A DNA stretch of 64,000 bases, taken from assembly GCF_001194135.2 (NCBI RefSeq), contig NC_068982.1, positions 11,720,430 to 11,784,429 on the forward strand. Direction: 5' to 3'. The stretch's first letter is position 1. The number at the start of each line of letters is the position of its first letter. A model generated the notes under the pieces. That model saw only the letters and a program-made list of their open reading frames with translations, had not been told where the DNA came from and searched no databases. The position numbers were made by a program, and so were the translations under genes. Source of the stretch: Octopus bimaculoides (taxonomy: Eukaryota). Positions 1-11,754 of the stretch are shown here, piece after piece.

Positions 1-200
1 GAGATGTTCTGTTTCTTTCAATTAATTTTAAATATAACAAAGAATTTAGTATAATAACTTAGTTATCATTAAGCTAGTGTTAGGAACATTAATTGTGACT
101 AAGGTTTGGTGAAAGATTTTAATTCAGAACTTTTGAAAACAAGACATTTGAACTACAGAGCCAGAGCCGGTTTCAGCCAGGTAGGTAACGAAAAGGTTAA
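1..200. mobile_element. piggyBac-like MITE family P1 (left end outside window)
   Basis: Near-identical to the complete copy at 32407-32635; ends in GTAACGAAAAGG followed by TTAA (197-200). Confidence 0.75.
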
Positions 201-1011
201 ATGGTGATGATAATGATTGTGATGTTGACAATGGAGGTGACAACAACTGTCAATAGGTAGAAACAATTTCAGCTTTTTAAATCATGGCCTAACACTGTTA
301 GATCCCTTCTCAGTCTGCCACCGCTTTGATAAACTTGTGCTGACCTGGTGTTTTTTTTTTTTGTGTGTGTTTAATCAGATTTTTTTCCAGTGGCTTTCTT
401 CCCCTCCTGGGTTTGATAAATAAACTGTGAAGATATTTTTTTTCAGAACATATGAGTATCTTTTAATTCATTGTTACACTTTTATTGTAAATTCTATTTT
501 ATGTTCTGTCTTTAATTGGTTCTGTTCAATTGTAACACAAACAGACTGAGTAGATGCTAATGGATTACATATTAAATTTCAGAACATTCACAGAATATTT
601 TCTAGCTGGTTGTTGAAATTTTACTCTTCCTAGATCACATTATTCTCTTAACAGCAATTGAAGGCCATTCATCTGCACTTAACAGATTCATTATATTTTA
701 CTAATCAAATTCATACAATTGTGTAATTCCTACTTTACATGTAAAAAAGTAATTATTCACTTACCTAGTTTTACTTCTTATTTTAAATGGCTATTAAAAA
801 CTCATGGTAAACGAAACTGTTTTGTTTTATTAATTCTTTTATTGATCTTATGACTTAAAAGACAGATTAGTATAGTTTTAATCAATCATCTATAACACCT
901 CAAAAATATTTTTATATTCTCTTAGATGCTAGTGACTCGTTAATCTAGACATCAGAACAGAAGCAATATGTTAAACAACAGCAAAACAGATTATTCTCAT
1001 GTATTTGTTTG

Positions 1012-1180
1012 GGGTGATATGCGGTTGTGTTGTAAGAAGCTTGCTTCCCAACCACATGGTTCTGGGTTCAGTACCACTGCATGGCACCTTGGGCATGTAA
1101 GTGTCTTTTGCTATGGCTTTGGGCCGACCAAAGCTTTGTGAGTGGATTTAGTAAATGGAAACTGAAAGAAGCCCGTTGCA

Positions 1181-1212
<32 letters not shown>
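1012..1212 (+). mobile_element. tRNA-derived SINE family A, 5' part, running into (AT)n and an N gap
   Basis: Shares the head GTAAGAAGCTTGCTTCCCAACCACATGGTTCTGGGTTCAG..GGCACCTTGGGCA..GTGTCTT and GGAAACTGAAAGAAGCCC with more than 10 other copies in the window. Confidence 0.85.
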
Positions 1213-1442
1213 NNNNNNNNNNNNNNNNNNNNNNNNNNNNNNNNNNNNNNNNNNNNNNNNNNNNNNNNNNNNNNNNNNNNNNNNNNNNNNNNNNNNNNNN
1301 NNNNNNNNNNNNNNNNNNNNNNNNNNNNNNNNNNNNNNNNNNNNNNNNNNNNNNNNNNNNNNNNNNNNNNNNNNNNNNNNNNNNNNNNNNNNNNNNNNNN
1401 NNNNNNNNNNNNNNNNNNNNNNNNNNNNNNNNNNNNNNNNNN

Positions 1443-1549
1443 ATGTATATATATGTACATGTATATATATGTATATATGTACATGTATAATATATATGTA
1501 CATGTATATATATGTATATATGTACATGTATAATATATATGTATACATG

Positions 1550-1594
<45 letters not shown>

Positions 1595-1661
1595 ACATGT
1601 ATGTATACATATATATATATATATATATATAATGTAAACAAATATATATACATACTTATAC

Positions 1662-1706
<45 letters not shown>

Positions 1707-1710
1707 TATA
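1443..1710. repeat. compound (AT)n/(GT)n/(ATGTAC) microsatellite
   Basis: Direct reading. It accounts for the YIYI/CVCV pseudo-ORFs. Confidence 0.95.
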
Positions 1711-1910
1711 TGCTTTCTGTTCGAATAGTTTTGTTATACGGTGTCAAGTTTTGCAATCGTGTAAATAATAATAATGGTATTCATATATGCCTAAAGCTTT
1801 TTCCAATCACCATGCAATGACTAAGGAAAATAGTCTAATAATGGGGCATAGCAAGCCCTCGACAGAAAAAAGTAGGCTTTCCTATCCACGTGGGACTCGA
1901 ACCTACATAT

Positions 1911-1962
<52 letters not shown>

Positions 1963-1984
1963 TTAAAGAAGATAGTTGTGTAAA

Positions 1985-2075
1985 GTTGAAACAATGTGGG
2001 AAGGTACAAAATAAACTACAAATTGAAAAGGTGTAGTTTATTTTGTACCTTAAATTATACCTCACAATGCTTCAC
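1985..2075. repeat. small fold-back inverted repeat
   Basis: Perfect 20-bp stem AAGGTACAAAATAAACTACA (2001-2020) / TGTAGTTTATTTTGTACCTT (2032-2051) with an 11-nt loop and imperfect outer arms. Confidence 0.8.
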
Positions 2076-2100
2076 AAAACTGCCTCATATATGTATGTAC

Positions 2101-2142
<42 letters not shown>

Positions 2143-2254
2143 ATAATGATGATATTTAAGCCTCTTATGGGGATATTTATATCCAAGATACACTGGTTTA
2201 ATATATTATATTTTGAAGAGATGTTTCTTCAATGAATATATTATATAATATATC

Positions 2255-2480
2255 AAGGCGGTGAGCTGGCAGAAACGTTAGCACGCTGGGCGAAATGCTT
2301 AGCGGTATTTCATCTGTCTTTACGTTCTGAACTCAAATTCCGCCAAGGTTGATTTTGCCTTTCATTCTTTTGGTGTCGATAAATTAAGTACCAGTTGCAT
2401 ACTGAGGTCAATCTAATCGACTGGCCCCCACCTCCCCTAAAATTTTGGGCCTTGTGTCTAGATTTGTAAAGAAACATTAT
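2255..2480 (+). mobile_element. short tRNA-derived SINE family B
   Basis: Head AAGGCGGTGAGCTGGCAGAA..GTTAGC, B-box-like CTGA(G/A)TTCAAATTCC and central GCCTTTCAT(C/T)CTTT..GTCGATAAATTAAGTACCAG, repeated in about 10 loci. Confidence 0.85.
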
Positions 2481-2509
2481 ATAAATATCATAAAATATCA
2501 AATATTATT

Positions 2510-2786
2510 ATCGAGCTAGAAAACAGAGATCTAATGAACACAAATCAATCTATTAATTAATTAACATATTCACTTATAATTGTTTCATTTCACAATCAAA
2601 ATTAAAACTACAAAACATATATAAATATATAATTTTGCATTTGTAAATACTTTGGATGGAAAATTATATATTTATATGTTTTGTAGTTTTAATTTTGGTT
2701 GTGAAATGAAACAGTTTTAGGTGAATATGCTAATTAATTAATAAATTAATTTGTATCCATTAGATCTCTCTGTTTTCTGACTCAAT
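2510..2786. mobile_element. long-palindrome (fold-back) MITE, probably Tc1/mariner type
   Basis: Arms of about 130 bp are reverse complements (e.g. AGAAAACAGAGATCTAATG vs CATTAGATCTCTCTGTTTTCT; AAAACTACAAAACATATATAAATATATAATTTT vs AAAATTATATATTTATATGTTTTGTAGTTTT); TA flanks. Confidence 0.75.
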
Positions 2787-2873
2787 ATATTTATATATTT
2801 ATATATATTTGTGTGTGTATATATATCGGTTTGTGTACATATGTATGTATCATGAATGTGAAAGAAAACTAAT

Positions 2874-3070
2874 TTAACCCTTTAACATTTAAACTGGCCT
2901 TATCTGGCTCAAATATTTTACCTGGTCTATGTTCAAAGTAGCCATATCTGGCTTCTCACTCCAACCCTACACTGTTATTCTAAAAAAAAAACACAATCAC
3001 ATCATTGAAATATTGAAGTTTCAAGATAATGTGAATAAATTCAAGACAATGTGAATAAATAAATATAAAA
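2874..3070. mobile_element. piggyBac-like MITE family P2 (one end decayed)
   Basis: Begins TTAA-CCCTTTAACATT; aligns with copies at 6601, 20813, 30894 and 57518. Confidence 0.7.
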
Positions 3071-3703
3071 ATATGAAAATAGTCAATTTTATTTTTATGC
3101 TTAGTTATTCGTTACAATTCTTTTTATTTCTTTTCAAATTTTTATGTTTTTGTATGATGGATTTGAATTTCAGCTTACCCAAGAAAGCACCAATTTCAGG
3201 ACCAGCTTTGCAATGTGGCTGTTGGAATAACAACCACATGATGATATTATCTGAGATAGCCCTACACCCTATCCAGGGTGAGATTTATCTCACATCTTAA
3301 TATCAAGGATATGGGGTTAAGCACTACACTTCAAAAACTGAAGCAGAACCACAAAATAATTTACTGTCAGAATGTAAACCATTGATTTAAGTAAGCTCTA
3401 TAAGTGGGATGGTTTGCAAAACAAACTGTATTTGTTTCTATCATCTCAAAGACAGGAAACAGATCTAATTACAAAACATTACTACAATGATGGTTTATCA
3501 ATATAGTCATTTGACTTGCTATAAATAGCAACTAAATCTCACTCAGATCACAATCTGGCATCATAGAAGAAAATGTAAGAACACATTAGATTATTACGTA
3601 GTCCTAGATAAAATGATTACTGATGGAATCCCTTAAATAAATATATTTGATGAGGGTTAACCCCTTGTCTGTCACATGTGATGCACAGGATATATATATG
3701 TAT

Positions 3704-4083
3704 GTCGTCGTCGTTTAATGTCCGTTTTCCATGCTAGCATGGGTTGGATAATTTGACTGAGGACTGGTGAACCAGATGGCTACACCAGGCTCCAGTTTGA
3801 TTTGGCAGAGTTTCTACAGCTGGATGCCCTTCCTAACGCCAACCACTCCGACAGGGTAGTGGGTGCTTTTACATGCCACCGGCATGAAGGCCAGTCAGGC
3901 AGTACTAGCAATGGCCCCGCTCAAAATGGTGAATTTTACGTGCCACCTGCACAGGAGCCAGTCCAGCGGCACTGGCAACGATCTCGCTCGAATGTCTTTA
4001 CATGTGCCAGAAAGGCGAAGCTGGGCACAGGTGCCATCACGATTTCGCTTTTGCTTGCCCCAACAGGTCTTCACAAGCCGAGT
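3704..4083 (-). mobile_element. RTE-type LINE 3' end / 3'UTR retrocopy (family C)
   Basis: On the minus strand: GGCGTTAGGAAGGGCATCCAGCTGTAGAAAC..CAACCCATGCTAGCATGGAAAACGGACATTAAACGACGAC tail, as in the other C copies. Confidence 0.8.
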
Positions 4084-4084
4084 T

Positions 4085-4157
<73 letters not shown>

Positions 4158-5189
4158 TCCCAGCATTTTTCAACTGTCAGAATAACTTGGAACTTATGAA
4201 AGGAACTCTTTATATTTACTTAAAACATATGCAAGAAGGGTTGATTAAAAGTCTGAAAGCAAGCAAGGATCTTTTGGATAACCTTATGAAAATGGTTTGG
4301 ACGAGCAAAGGGATAACCGGAGAATAAAGAATAACTCCCATCAAATCTATGAAGTGATGATGGGAGAACTCTTTTGGGGGAAAAAAGATGTGTAGGTTAT
4401 CACCAAGAAAAGCAATAACTGCTCCACTCTACCCATCAAAAATAACCCACTTGTCTGAAATTCATGTTATTCTTCATATCATGTTTCAGATTTATCATTT
4501 ATCTGTTGTATTCATTATATTTTATAGTCACTTTTGATGTTGGATGCACCTTTATTTGATATTTAAAAAGAGCAATAATATATAAAAAGGCCCAAAAAAA
4601 CCCCCCAACAAAATGCAATCTTTTAAGAGGCATTTTCAAAATTAAAATATAAAGATTTAAATATAACTAATAGAAATTTTAGTCAGTTTCTTAAATATCT
4701 TTTAGATATTACAAGTAATCTGATATTATAGATTATTATTAGAGTAGTCATTGATTTTAGTCGAGTTTTGGAGTTTGTTGTAAAGCATTCAAGAAATGGT
4801 TATATTTTTTTATCAACTCTTAGATGTCCATGTTTGAAGAATTTGTAATATTAAATGATACAACTATATATNNNNNNNNNNNNNNNNNNNNNNNNNNNNN
4901 NNNNNNNNNNNNNNNNNNNNNNNNNNNNNNNNNNNNNNNNNNNNNNNNNNNNNNNNNNNNNNNNNNNNNNNNNNNNNNNNNNNNNNNNNNNNNNNNNNNN
5001 NNNNNNNNNNNNNNNNNNNNNNNNNNNNNNNNNNNNNNNNNNNNNNNNNNNNNNNNNNNNNNNNNNNNNNNNNNNNNNNNNNNNNNNNNNNNNNNNNNNN
5101 NNNNNNNNNNNNNNNNNNNNNNNNNNNNNNNNNNNNNNNNNNNNNNNNNNNNNNNNNNNNNNNNNNNNNNNNNNNNNNNNNNNNNNNNN

Positions 5190-5238
<49 letters not shown>

Positions 5239-6028
5239 GTTTCTTGTTGTACACCATTGTCATCATTGCTCCACTTCCAACATAGAAATTCTTCAGAAAA
5301 TGAGGTGCTGCTATTTTCTTCCTGCTTGTTTGCTTGATTGATTATGTGAATATCTGTTCTGATAACTCAGAAACTATTGAAGCTAGTGAATGCAAATATT
5401 TGATTAGTGATTAATTACTAAGCAACAGAAAAAGGGGAAGAAAATATTCCATTTTTTTAAAAACATTTTTTTTTAGTAATTTCTTTTTATTAATAAGGTC
5501 TATAATTTCAACTACTTCAAGAAGTTAGTTACTAATTGAGCAAAGTGCCTGAAATTTTAGACTTTATACTCTTAATGGCAGTTGAACTTGTCGACCTTCT
5601 AGGATATCCTGCTGCCAATACTGATCCTCTCAATTTCCTAGATTCCCAGACCTTATGGTATTTTTGACATTAAATATGTTGTCTGACTCTTCTCAATTCA
5701 GTGTGTTCTACACCAGGCAAGCTATTGGCTGTACATATTCACATGTATATAGCGACAGGAAACTACATTTTAGATATAAATATCTATAATAGTTAGTTCT
5801 GTAAAATGTAAATAGATACTGACTTAGCTGGTAGAAAAATATGTAAATGTAAAGAAATAAAATAACTGAGTTATAAAATTCCTTTTTGTTTTTATTTAAT
5901 AGATTTTTTGGTTAATATTGTGTCAAATATTCTAATTGCATAACTCTGGGAGTAAGTATGCTGCTCATTGAATGTAACTTTTAAACATTTCTATGATTAG
6001 CAGCTTTGTGAAAATAATGTCTGACTAT

Positions 6029-6280
6029 TCATCATCGTCATCATCGTCCGCTTTCCATGCTAGCATGGGTTGGACGATTTGACTGAGGACTGGCGAACCA
6101 GATGTCTGCACCAGACTCCAATNNNNNNNNNNTGGCGAACCAGATGTCTGCACCAGACTCCAATCTGATCTGGCAGAGTTTCTACAGCTGGATGCCCTTC
6201 TTAATGCCAACCACTCCGAGTGTGTAGTGGGTGCTTTTACATGCCACTGGCACGAGGGCCAATCTGGCGGTACTGGCAAC
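6029..6280 (-). mobile_element. RTE-type 3'UTR retrocopy (family C) spanning a 10-N gap
   Basis: Same motifs and (GAT)n tail. 32 bp are duplicated on both sides of the gap. Confidence 0.85.
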
Positions 6281-6295
6281 AATTAAACACACACA

Positions 6296-6485
6296 CAAGC
6301 ATAGTCATGGGCATGTGGTTAAGAAGTTCACTTTCCGACAGTGTCATTTTGAGTTCAATCCCACAGTGCACCACTTTGGGCAAGTGTCTTCTGCTGTTAT
6401 CCCTGACCAACCAAAATGTGTTCTGATTTGGTTGCCAGAAACTGAAAAAGAAGCCCATTACTTGTGGATGTGTGTGTGTGTGTGG
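6296..6485 (+). mobile_element. SINE family A, decayed 5' part
   Basis: GTGGTTAAGAAG..GAGTTCAATCCCAC..TTTGGGCAAGTGTCTT..GAAACTGAAAAAGAAGCCC then (GT)n. Confidence 0.75.
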
Positions 6486-6600
6486 GGGGGGGGCTGTAAA
6501 TGCATGTGTCCATGCATATGTGCACGTGTGCATTTACACTTGCTGCTCTCTCATTCGAAGTCATAATGATAGCATGATGTTCTGTTGACATTTCTCCTCT

Positions 6601-6828
6601 TTAGCCCTTTCAGCATTCAAATTATTCTGTCAAATGTATTGCTTGTTGATTCATATCTAAAAGAAGATTGAATATGCATTGTCTCATAGCTTTAAGATTT
6701 CAATGATGCGATCGTTTATTTTTAGAATGACATTGTCGGGTAGGTGTGAGAGGCTGCATTTGACCAATCTAAACAAAACAAATAATATATTTGGGCCAGA
6801 TATGGTTGGTTTAAATGCTAAAGGGTGA
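6601..6828. mobile_element. piggyBac-like MITE family P2
   Basis: Ends TTAG-CCCTTTCAGCATT ... AATGCTAAAGGG-TGAA; about 228 bp; internal similarity to the other P2 copies. Confidence 0.7.
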
Positions 6829-7232
6829 AATTGCCCATCTGTCTTATAACTTCAGTCATGTGGTGTAAGAAGCCCCTTACTCAAAGAATAGGTAAATATT
6901 AGCACTAGGAAGTGTATATCCAGTTATACCTAAAACATTACCTTAGTAATATACTTGTCCCTCCCATGCTAGCTTAGAAAAGCAGTCATGAAACAAACAC
7001 ATATATATATATATACATATGTTTGTTTGTTATATATATTATTTTCCTTAGTAACAAAGTGTAGTACCCATGATGTCTAAGAACAACAAGATTATGTATT
7101 TCTGCATACACAAACACGCATACACACACATATATTTATTTGCACTTCATAGTGGAGGTACACAAGCATACGTTTGATGAAATAGATCTACATTGAGAAA
7201 TAATGATAATATATTTCCATTTGCTTTATGAA

Positions 7233-7269
<37 letters not shown>

Positions 7270-7904
7270 TTGTGAAAGAGTATTGTAACTTAGCTAGCTA
7301 TAAGATACTGTAATTTCTGAAAGCAAACAAAGAAATATGCCTGCTCTTTCAGAAGAGAACAGGTAAAATCAATAATGTGTATGAAGCCAAATCATTTGAA
7401 ATGGAGAATTTATTGGCTTGACCCAGAACTTATCTTTTATCTTGATCACTATTATCATACATTTCAGATAATCAGATTGTATTTAATTTTAAGAGACGAT
7501 TCTTTGATAATGAATACTAGGTACTTGGGAAGCATTATACTCTATCTGTTTTTATCTTTGAGGCTATGGAAACTAGAAACAAAAGCAGTAATGCTTCATG
7601 ATCAGATACTGTCAGCGAGGTACTGTTTAATGAGTTTTAAAAATAAAAATATTCAACTAGATCAATAACTTATAATGAAAAGATATTCTCGTTAGTAAAA
7701 CAAAAATTAATATCTAAGTCAAACTGAAACATAAAGAACAATTGACAGACACAAATACCTTGAGACATTTCTGAACTTTAAATAAATACAGCAACCTTGG
7801 AAAATTCTGTTTAAAAGCCAATATACAATCATTCATGGGAAAATGAATGATTTCATTCTAGTAAGTCCATCATTTCAACTTCATTATTTTGATCATATAT
7901 ATAA

Positions 7905-7968
7905 ATGTGTGTGTGTGTGTGTACATACAAATATATATTATATTATATATATACATATATTATATATT

Positions 7969-8000
<32 letters not shown>

Positions 8001-8059
8001 NNNNNNNNNNNNNNNNNNNNNNNNNNNNNNNNNNNNNNNNNNNNNTTATATTGTATATT

Positions 8060-8090
<31 letters not shown>

Positions 8091-8235
8091 CTATAATATC
8101 TATGATATATATATATAATATATATTATATAATATATTATATATATATATATTATATATATAATATATATTATATATATTATATTATATATATATATTAT
8201 ATATATTATATTATATGTATTATATTTTATATTTT
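7905..8235. repeat. (GT)n/(AT)n/(TTA) low-complexity tract with gap
   Basis: Direct reading. Confidence 0.95.
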
Positions 8236-8566
8236 GTTGTTGATGATTAGAAACAAAAGGAGCCACAATTACAGCAAGGCATCCATTCCATCAAGCAAAG
8301 GGTGTGTTAATTTATTTGATAAGTGATTCTTGCAGGACTACTTCTCTAAGAGTCACTTATCACTATAATCCTGCTGAGGTCAATAAAATAAAGTAGCAGT
8401 CAAGTACAGAGGTTGATGGTATTAAAATGAAAACACTTTCCTAAATTGCTCGCCTTGTGAACTAATCAGAATCATTTAATATATATGTGTTTATGTGTGT
8501 GTTAAATAAAATGAGACAACAAAGCCAAGGCAGTGTGAAATTTCTAGGACATTTATAAAGAGAAAG

Positions 8567-8620
8567 GTAGCCTTACAGCTGTTTCAGGGATATGAAGGAT
8601 ATCACATCATCAGAGACGAT
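8567..8620 (-). ncRNA. minimal type-I hammerhead ribozyme motif (Penelope/retrozyme type)
   Basis: Minus strand reads atcGTCT-CTGATGA-tgtGATAT-ccttc-ATATCcct-GAAA-CAGCTG-TA-AGGCtac. Core intact, stem II partly paired, palindromic stem III ACAGCTGT, GUA cleavage triplet, 4-bp stem I. Confidence 0.65.
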
Positions 8621-8763
8621 ATGAGAGAGTTAAATAGAAGGAAAAAGGTAGTGTTCGATATAAGAAGTCATTTTGGAAAGGGAGAGATATAAGAAGTATA
8701 AAGAGAAATATGAGAATAAAAATAAATGTTTGATGTTACCGTTGCAGTTCCATTATCCAGAGT

Positions 8764-8766
<3 letters not shown>

Positions 8767-8831
<65 letters not shown>

Positions 8832-8870
8832 NNNNNNNNNNGTGTGTGTGTATGTGTGTGTGTGTGTGTG
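8767..8870. repeat. (GT)n microsatellite with 10-N gap
   Basis: Direct reading. Confidence 0.95.
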
Positions 8871-8954
8871 TAAATATAAGATCCAAGGATCGAGGTGTAG
8901 GAAGAAAGTTAGTTTCAAGCAATCTGTATTTTATTGATTCCATTCCTTAACTCC

Positions 8955-8985
<31 letters not shown>

Positions 8986-9959
8986 CTGTGTGTAGATATA
9001 TACATGTATGTATAGTAATGTTTTGCATGAGACAATGGTCAACTATTCAGTAATTGGTACAAGCATAGTACAATTACTGATTGGTTTGGTAGTTTCCAAT
9101 GCTTAACCTAAATTCTTCTATTAGAGTTGATTTACACTGTGATGGACCTACCTAGGCTAATTTGTTTACCATACTCTGTATTAAGACAAAGATATTCTGC
9201 ATGAAAAACCAGCACCAACTATAAAATTCTTTACATTGAAAATTCTTAATATTTATAAAAGGTTTTATTTATTGTATTTGCCTGCTACATTTAATATAGA
9301 GAATTACATGATTCTTTTGCATAGCTTCTGCAATTTTAACATCATTAGAATTTGTTTGCTGCTATCCACTTTATATCTAAAAGGTTGCATTTGATGGTTA
9401 TAGCAAGCAAAACACAGAGCTATGGCTGTGATATCTGATATGCTAAGTGCTCAGTGTTGGATATGACTCTTATCAACATTTAGCTTCATTATACTGTAAT
9501 TTATCTCAATTGCTTTTATTTCTGTACATCTGGTTATAAAATAAATAACAAAAGCTATATCCTTTTTGATTATACATTTTAAAAAGGAAGCTGAAAATCT
9601 GTCTTAAATTAAGTACCATTCTATCAGGCAAAAGACTAGTCCTTCCTCTTTCTGAAAGGGAGAGATCTGAATGGTATGGATGGTATATGCCTAACTTCTC
9701 ACAGGGCCAAAAATATTAATGTTCTAATTACTTTCAACCAACCTTTGATATAGTTAAGTTACTAATATACCAGTCTTTGAAATTCTAAATTCTTTCCTCT
9801 TTATTAGATGAAAGTGTTTATCCAATTTTACCATCATTTCTAAAATTGGCTATCACAATTCTTTCCTTCAGTATCTTCTGAAAATAGGGGAAATATCAAA
9901 AAGTAAAAGTGAGCTTCTATTGTTGCTAGGATTCCCTTTGAATCAATTACACTCTGCAC

Positions 9960-10215
9960 ATTAGTCAGCCTACACTGGCAGCCAATAGAAGTATGTTATA
10001 CGCAAGGATAATACTTTAACTCCTTCTTACTTGATTGATCTTTTTCCATTCGTTTCTCCTAATGTATTTCAATCTTTACCCAATACCAGTTAGCAACATT
10101 CATGTGGGAAAACCACAAAGTAAATTATGGCTCCAAAATATGGAATGCACTGTTAGCAGCCATTAGGAAAATCTCTGAGTTCAAAAAGGAATTGAAGAAC
10201 CTTCCTTTGTTTTAA
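9960..10215 (+). mobile_element. decayed CR1/L2-type LINE ORF2 C-terminal remnant
   Basis: LHWQPI (9970-9987) and YQLATFMWENHKVNYGSKIWNALLAAIRKISEFKKELKNLPLF* (10084-10215) resemble the LHWLP and G.K.WN.LP..IR...F.K.LK motifs of L2/CR1 ORF2 ends. Confidence 0.5.
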
Positions 10216-10601
10216 ATCAAATTATTATTTTCTGTATCAAAGATAATTCACTTTTACTACCTGACATAATTGAATGTACTAAGACACTACTGTTAAAAAC
10301 ATACATAGTTTATTGTCATTGTGTCAAATATTCAAAGTACACCAATAATGTCTCCAATTATGTCTATGAGGGGAAGTACCGTAGTCCTGATCAGCAGCTG
10401 GAAACATCCACTTTTAAATCAATAATCCTCTGTGACTGCTCCTTATTTTTTCTTTTTCTTTTTTTTTTCTTTTAAATATCCAAAATAATAATTTCCTAGA
10501 AAATTAATCATTAACGTTTGACACTTTTCATAGACAACTTTTCTTCAGATTTTGTTGTTAGTAAAAATGTAGTTTTGTAGTCTTTATGGCTTATTCTACA
10601 A

Positions 10602-10960
10602 TAGAGGTTCTCAACCCATTTTGGCCAAAGCCCCCTTTTGACCCTTGGTGTCACAAATGGCCACCCTAGAAAATATTTTTATTTTTCAATATACTACTTA
10701 TTTTAATATCAGCAGATAATGATTAAAAAATAAAGGACATTGTTTTACATATGCACTTGTATGCAGTCTGGAGTACAAACTGAAATGCCAAAAAACGAAA
10801 TAATGAATTGAAAGTTTGGTAATTGCATTTATTTCTACCATGTGACACTTATGAGATCAACATGTTGTCTATCGATAGAGTGCACTTTGGTACAAGAGAG
10901 CCCCTTTGCTCCAAAATTCCCCCCTCGAGCTCCAAATGGCCCTCCTGTTGAAAACCTTTG
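10602..10960. mobile_element. hAT-type MITE with perfect 8-bp TSD
   Basis: TIRs TAGAGGTTCTCAAC / GTTGAAAACCTTTG; TSD TTCTACAA at 10594-10601 and 10961-10968. Confidence 0.85.
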
Positions 10961-11046
10961 TTCTACAACAACACATTCATTCATGTTTTTCATTTTATCC
11001 AAATACTTCAAAAACAGAATTTTTTAAAGAATTGCACTGCAACTCT

Positions 11047-11336
11047 TAGGCACTTCCAATCATTTTCTACCTATTGACCCTTTTGATTCTTATTTTACTC
11101 TACTGGAGCCACATAACTATTCAATTTATTTATTTATTCTTTTATTCTTTTACTTGTTTCAGTCATTTGACTGTGGCCATGCTGGAGCACCATCTTTAGT
11201 TGAACAAATCGATCCTAGGATTTATTCTTTGTAAGCCTAGTACTTATTCTGTCAGTCTCTTTTGCTGAACCACTAAGGTACAGGGATGTAACATCGGTTG
11301 TCAAGCGATGTTGGGGGCACAAGTACAGACACACAA

Positions 11337-11404
<68 letters not shown>

Positions 11405-11754
11405 GAAGGGCTTCTTTCAGTTTCCGTCTACCAAATCCACTCACAAGGTTTTGGTCAGCCCAAGGCTATAGTAGAAGACACTTGCCCAAGGTGCCACACA
11501 GTGGAACTGAACTCAGAACCATTTGGCTGGGAAACAAGCTACTTACCACACAGCCACACCTGCACCTTTGTTTATAATTAGGAATTATATTAAATAAATT
11601 GTTAAAACATTTTATGTATTGTTGGAATGTAAGTAATTCATTGCAGATAAATTTTGACAACAAAATCTTATATGGATCCTCCAAGGATCATATGGATCCT
11701 CCAAGGATCATATGGATCCCTAAGGGTCAGATGGACCGTAGTTGAGAACTACTG
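11047..11754. mobile_element. hAT-type MITE interrupted by a SINE A copy
   Basis: Right TIR GTTGAGAACTACTG (11741-11754). The left end is decayed, so that boundary is uncertain. Three tandem 20-bp units ATATGGATCCTCCAAGGATC near 11668-11722. Confidence 0.5.
11125..11567 (-). mobile_element. SINE family A, full length, internal (CA)n
   Basis: Head, internal microsatellite and 3' tail (ATGACTGAAACAAGTAAAAGAATAAAAG on minus) all present. Confidence 0.9.

Noticed and set aside
1068-1768. Long ORFs rich in YI/CV/HT repeats (also near 4.8-5.3, 7.8-8.3, 33.4-34.9 and 45.7-46.1 kb)
   Set aside because: They are translations of dinucleotide microsatellites and N gaps, not genes.
1715-1910. Minus-strand perfect B box GGTTCGAGTCC with downstream unique sequence
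   Set aside because: No A box (a microsatellite lies upstream), single copy, no recognisable tail or ribozyme core.
6091-6165. 32-bp direct repeat flanking a 10-N gap
   Set aside because: It has the signature of an unmerged contig overlap (assembly artefact).
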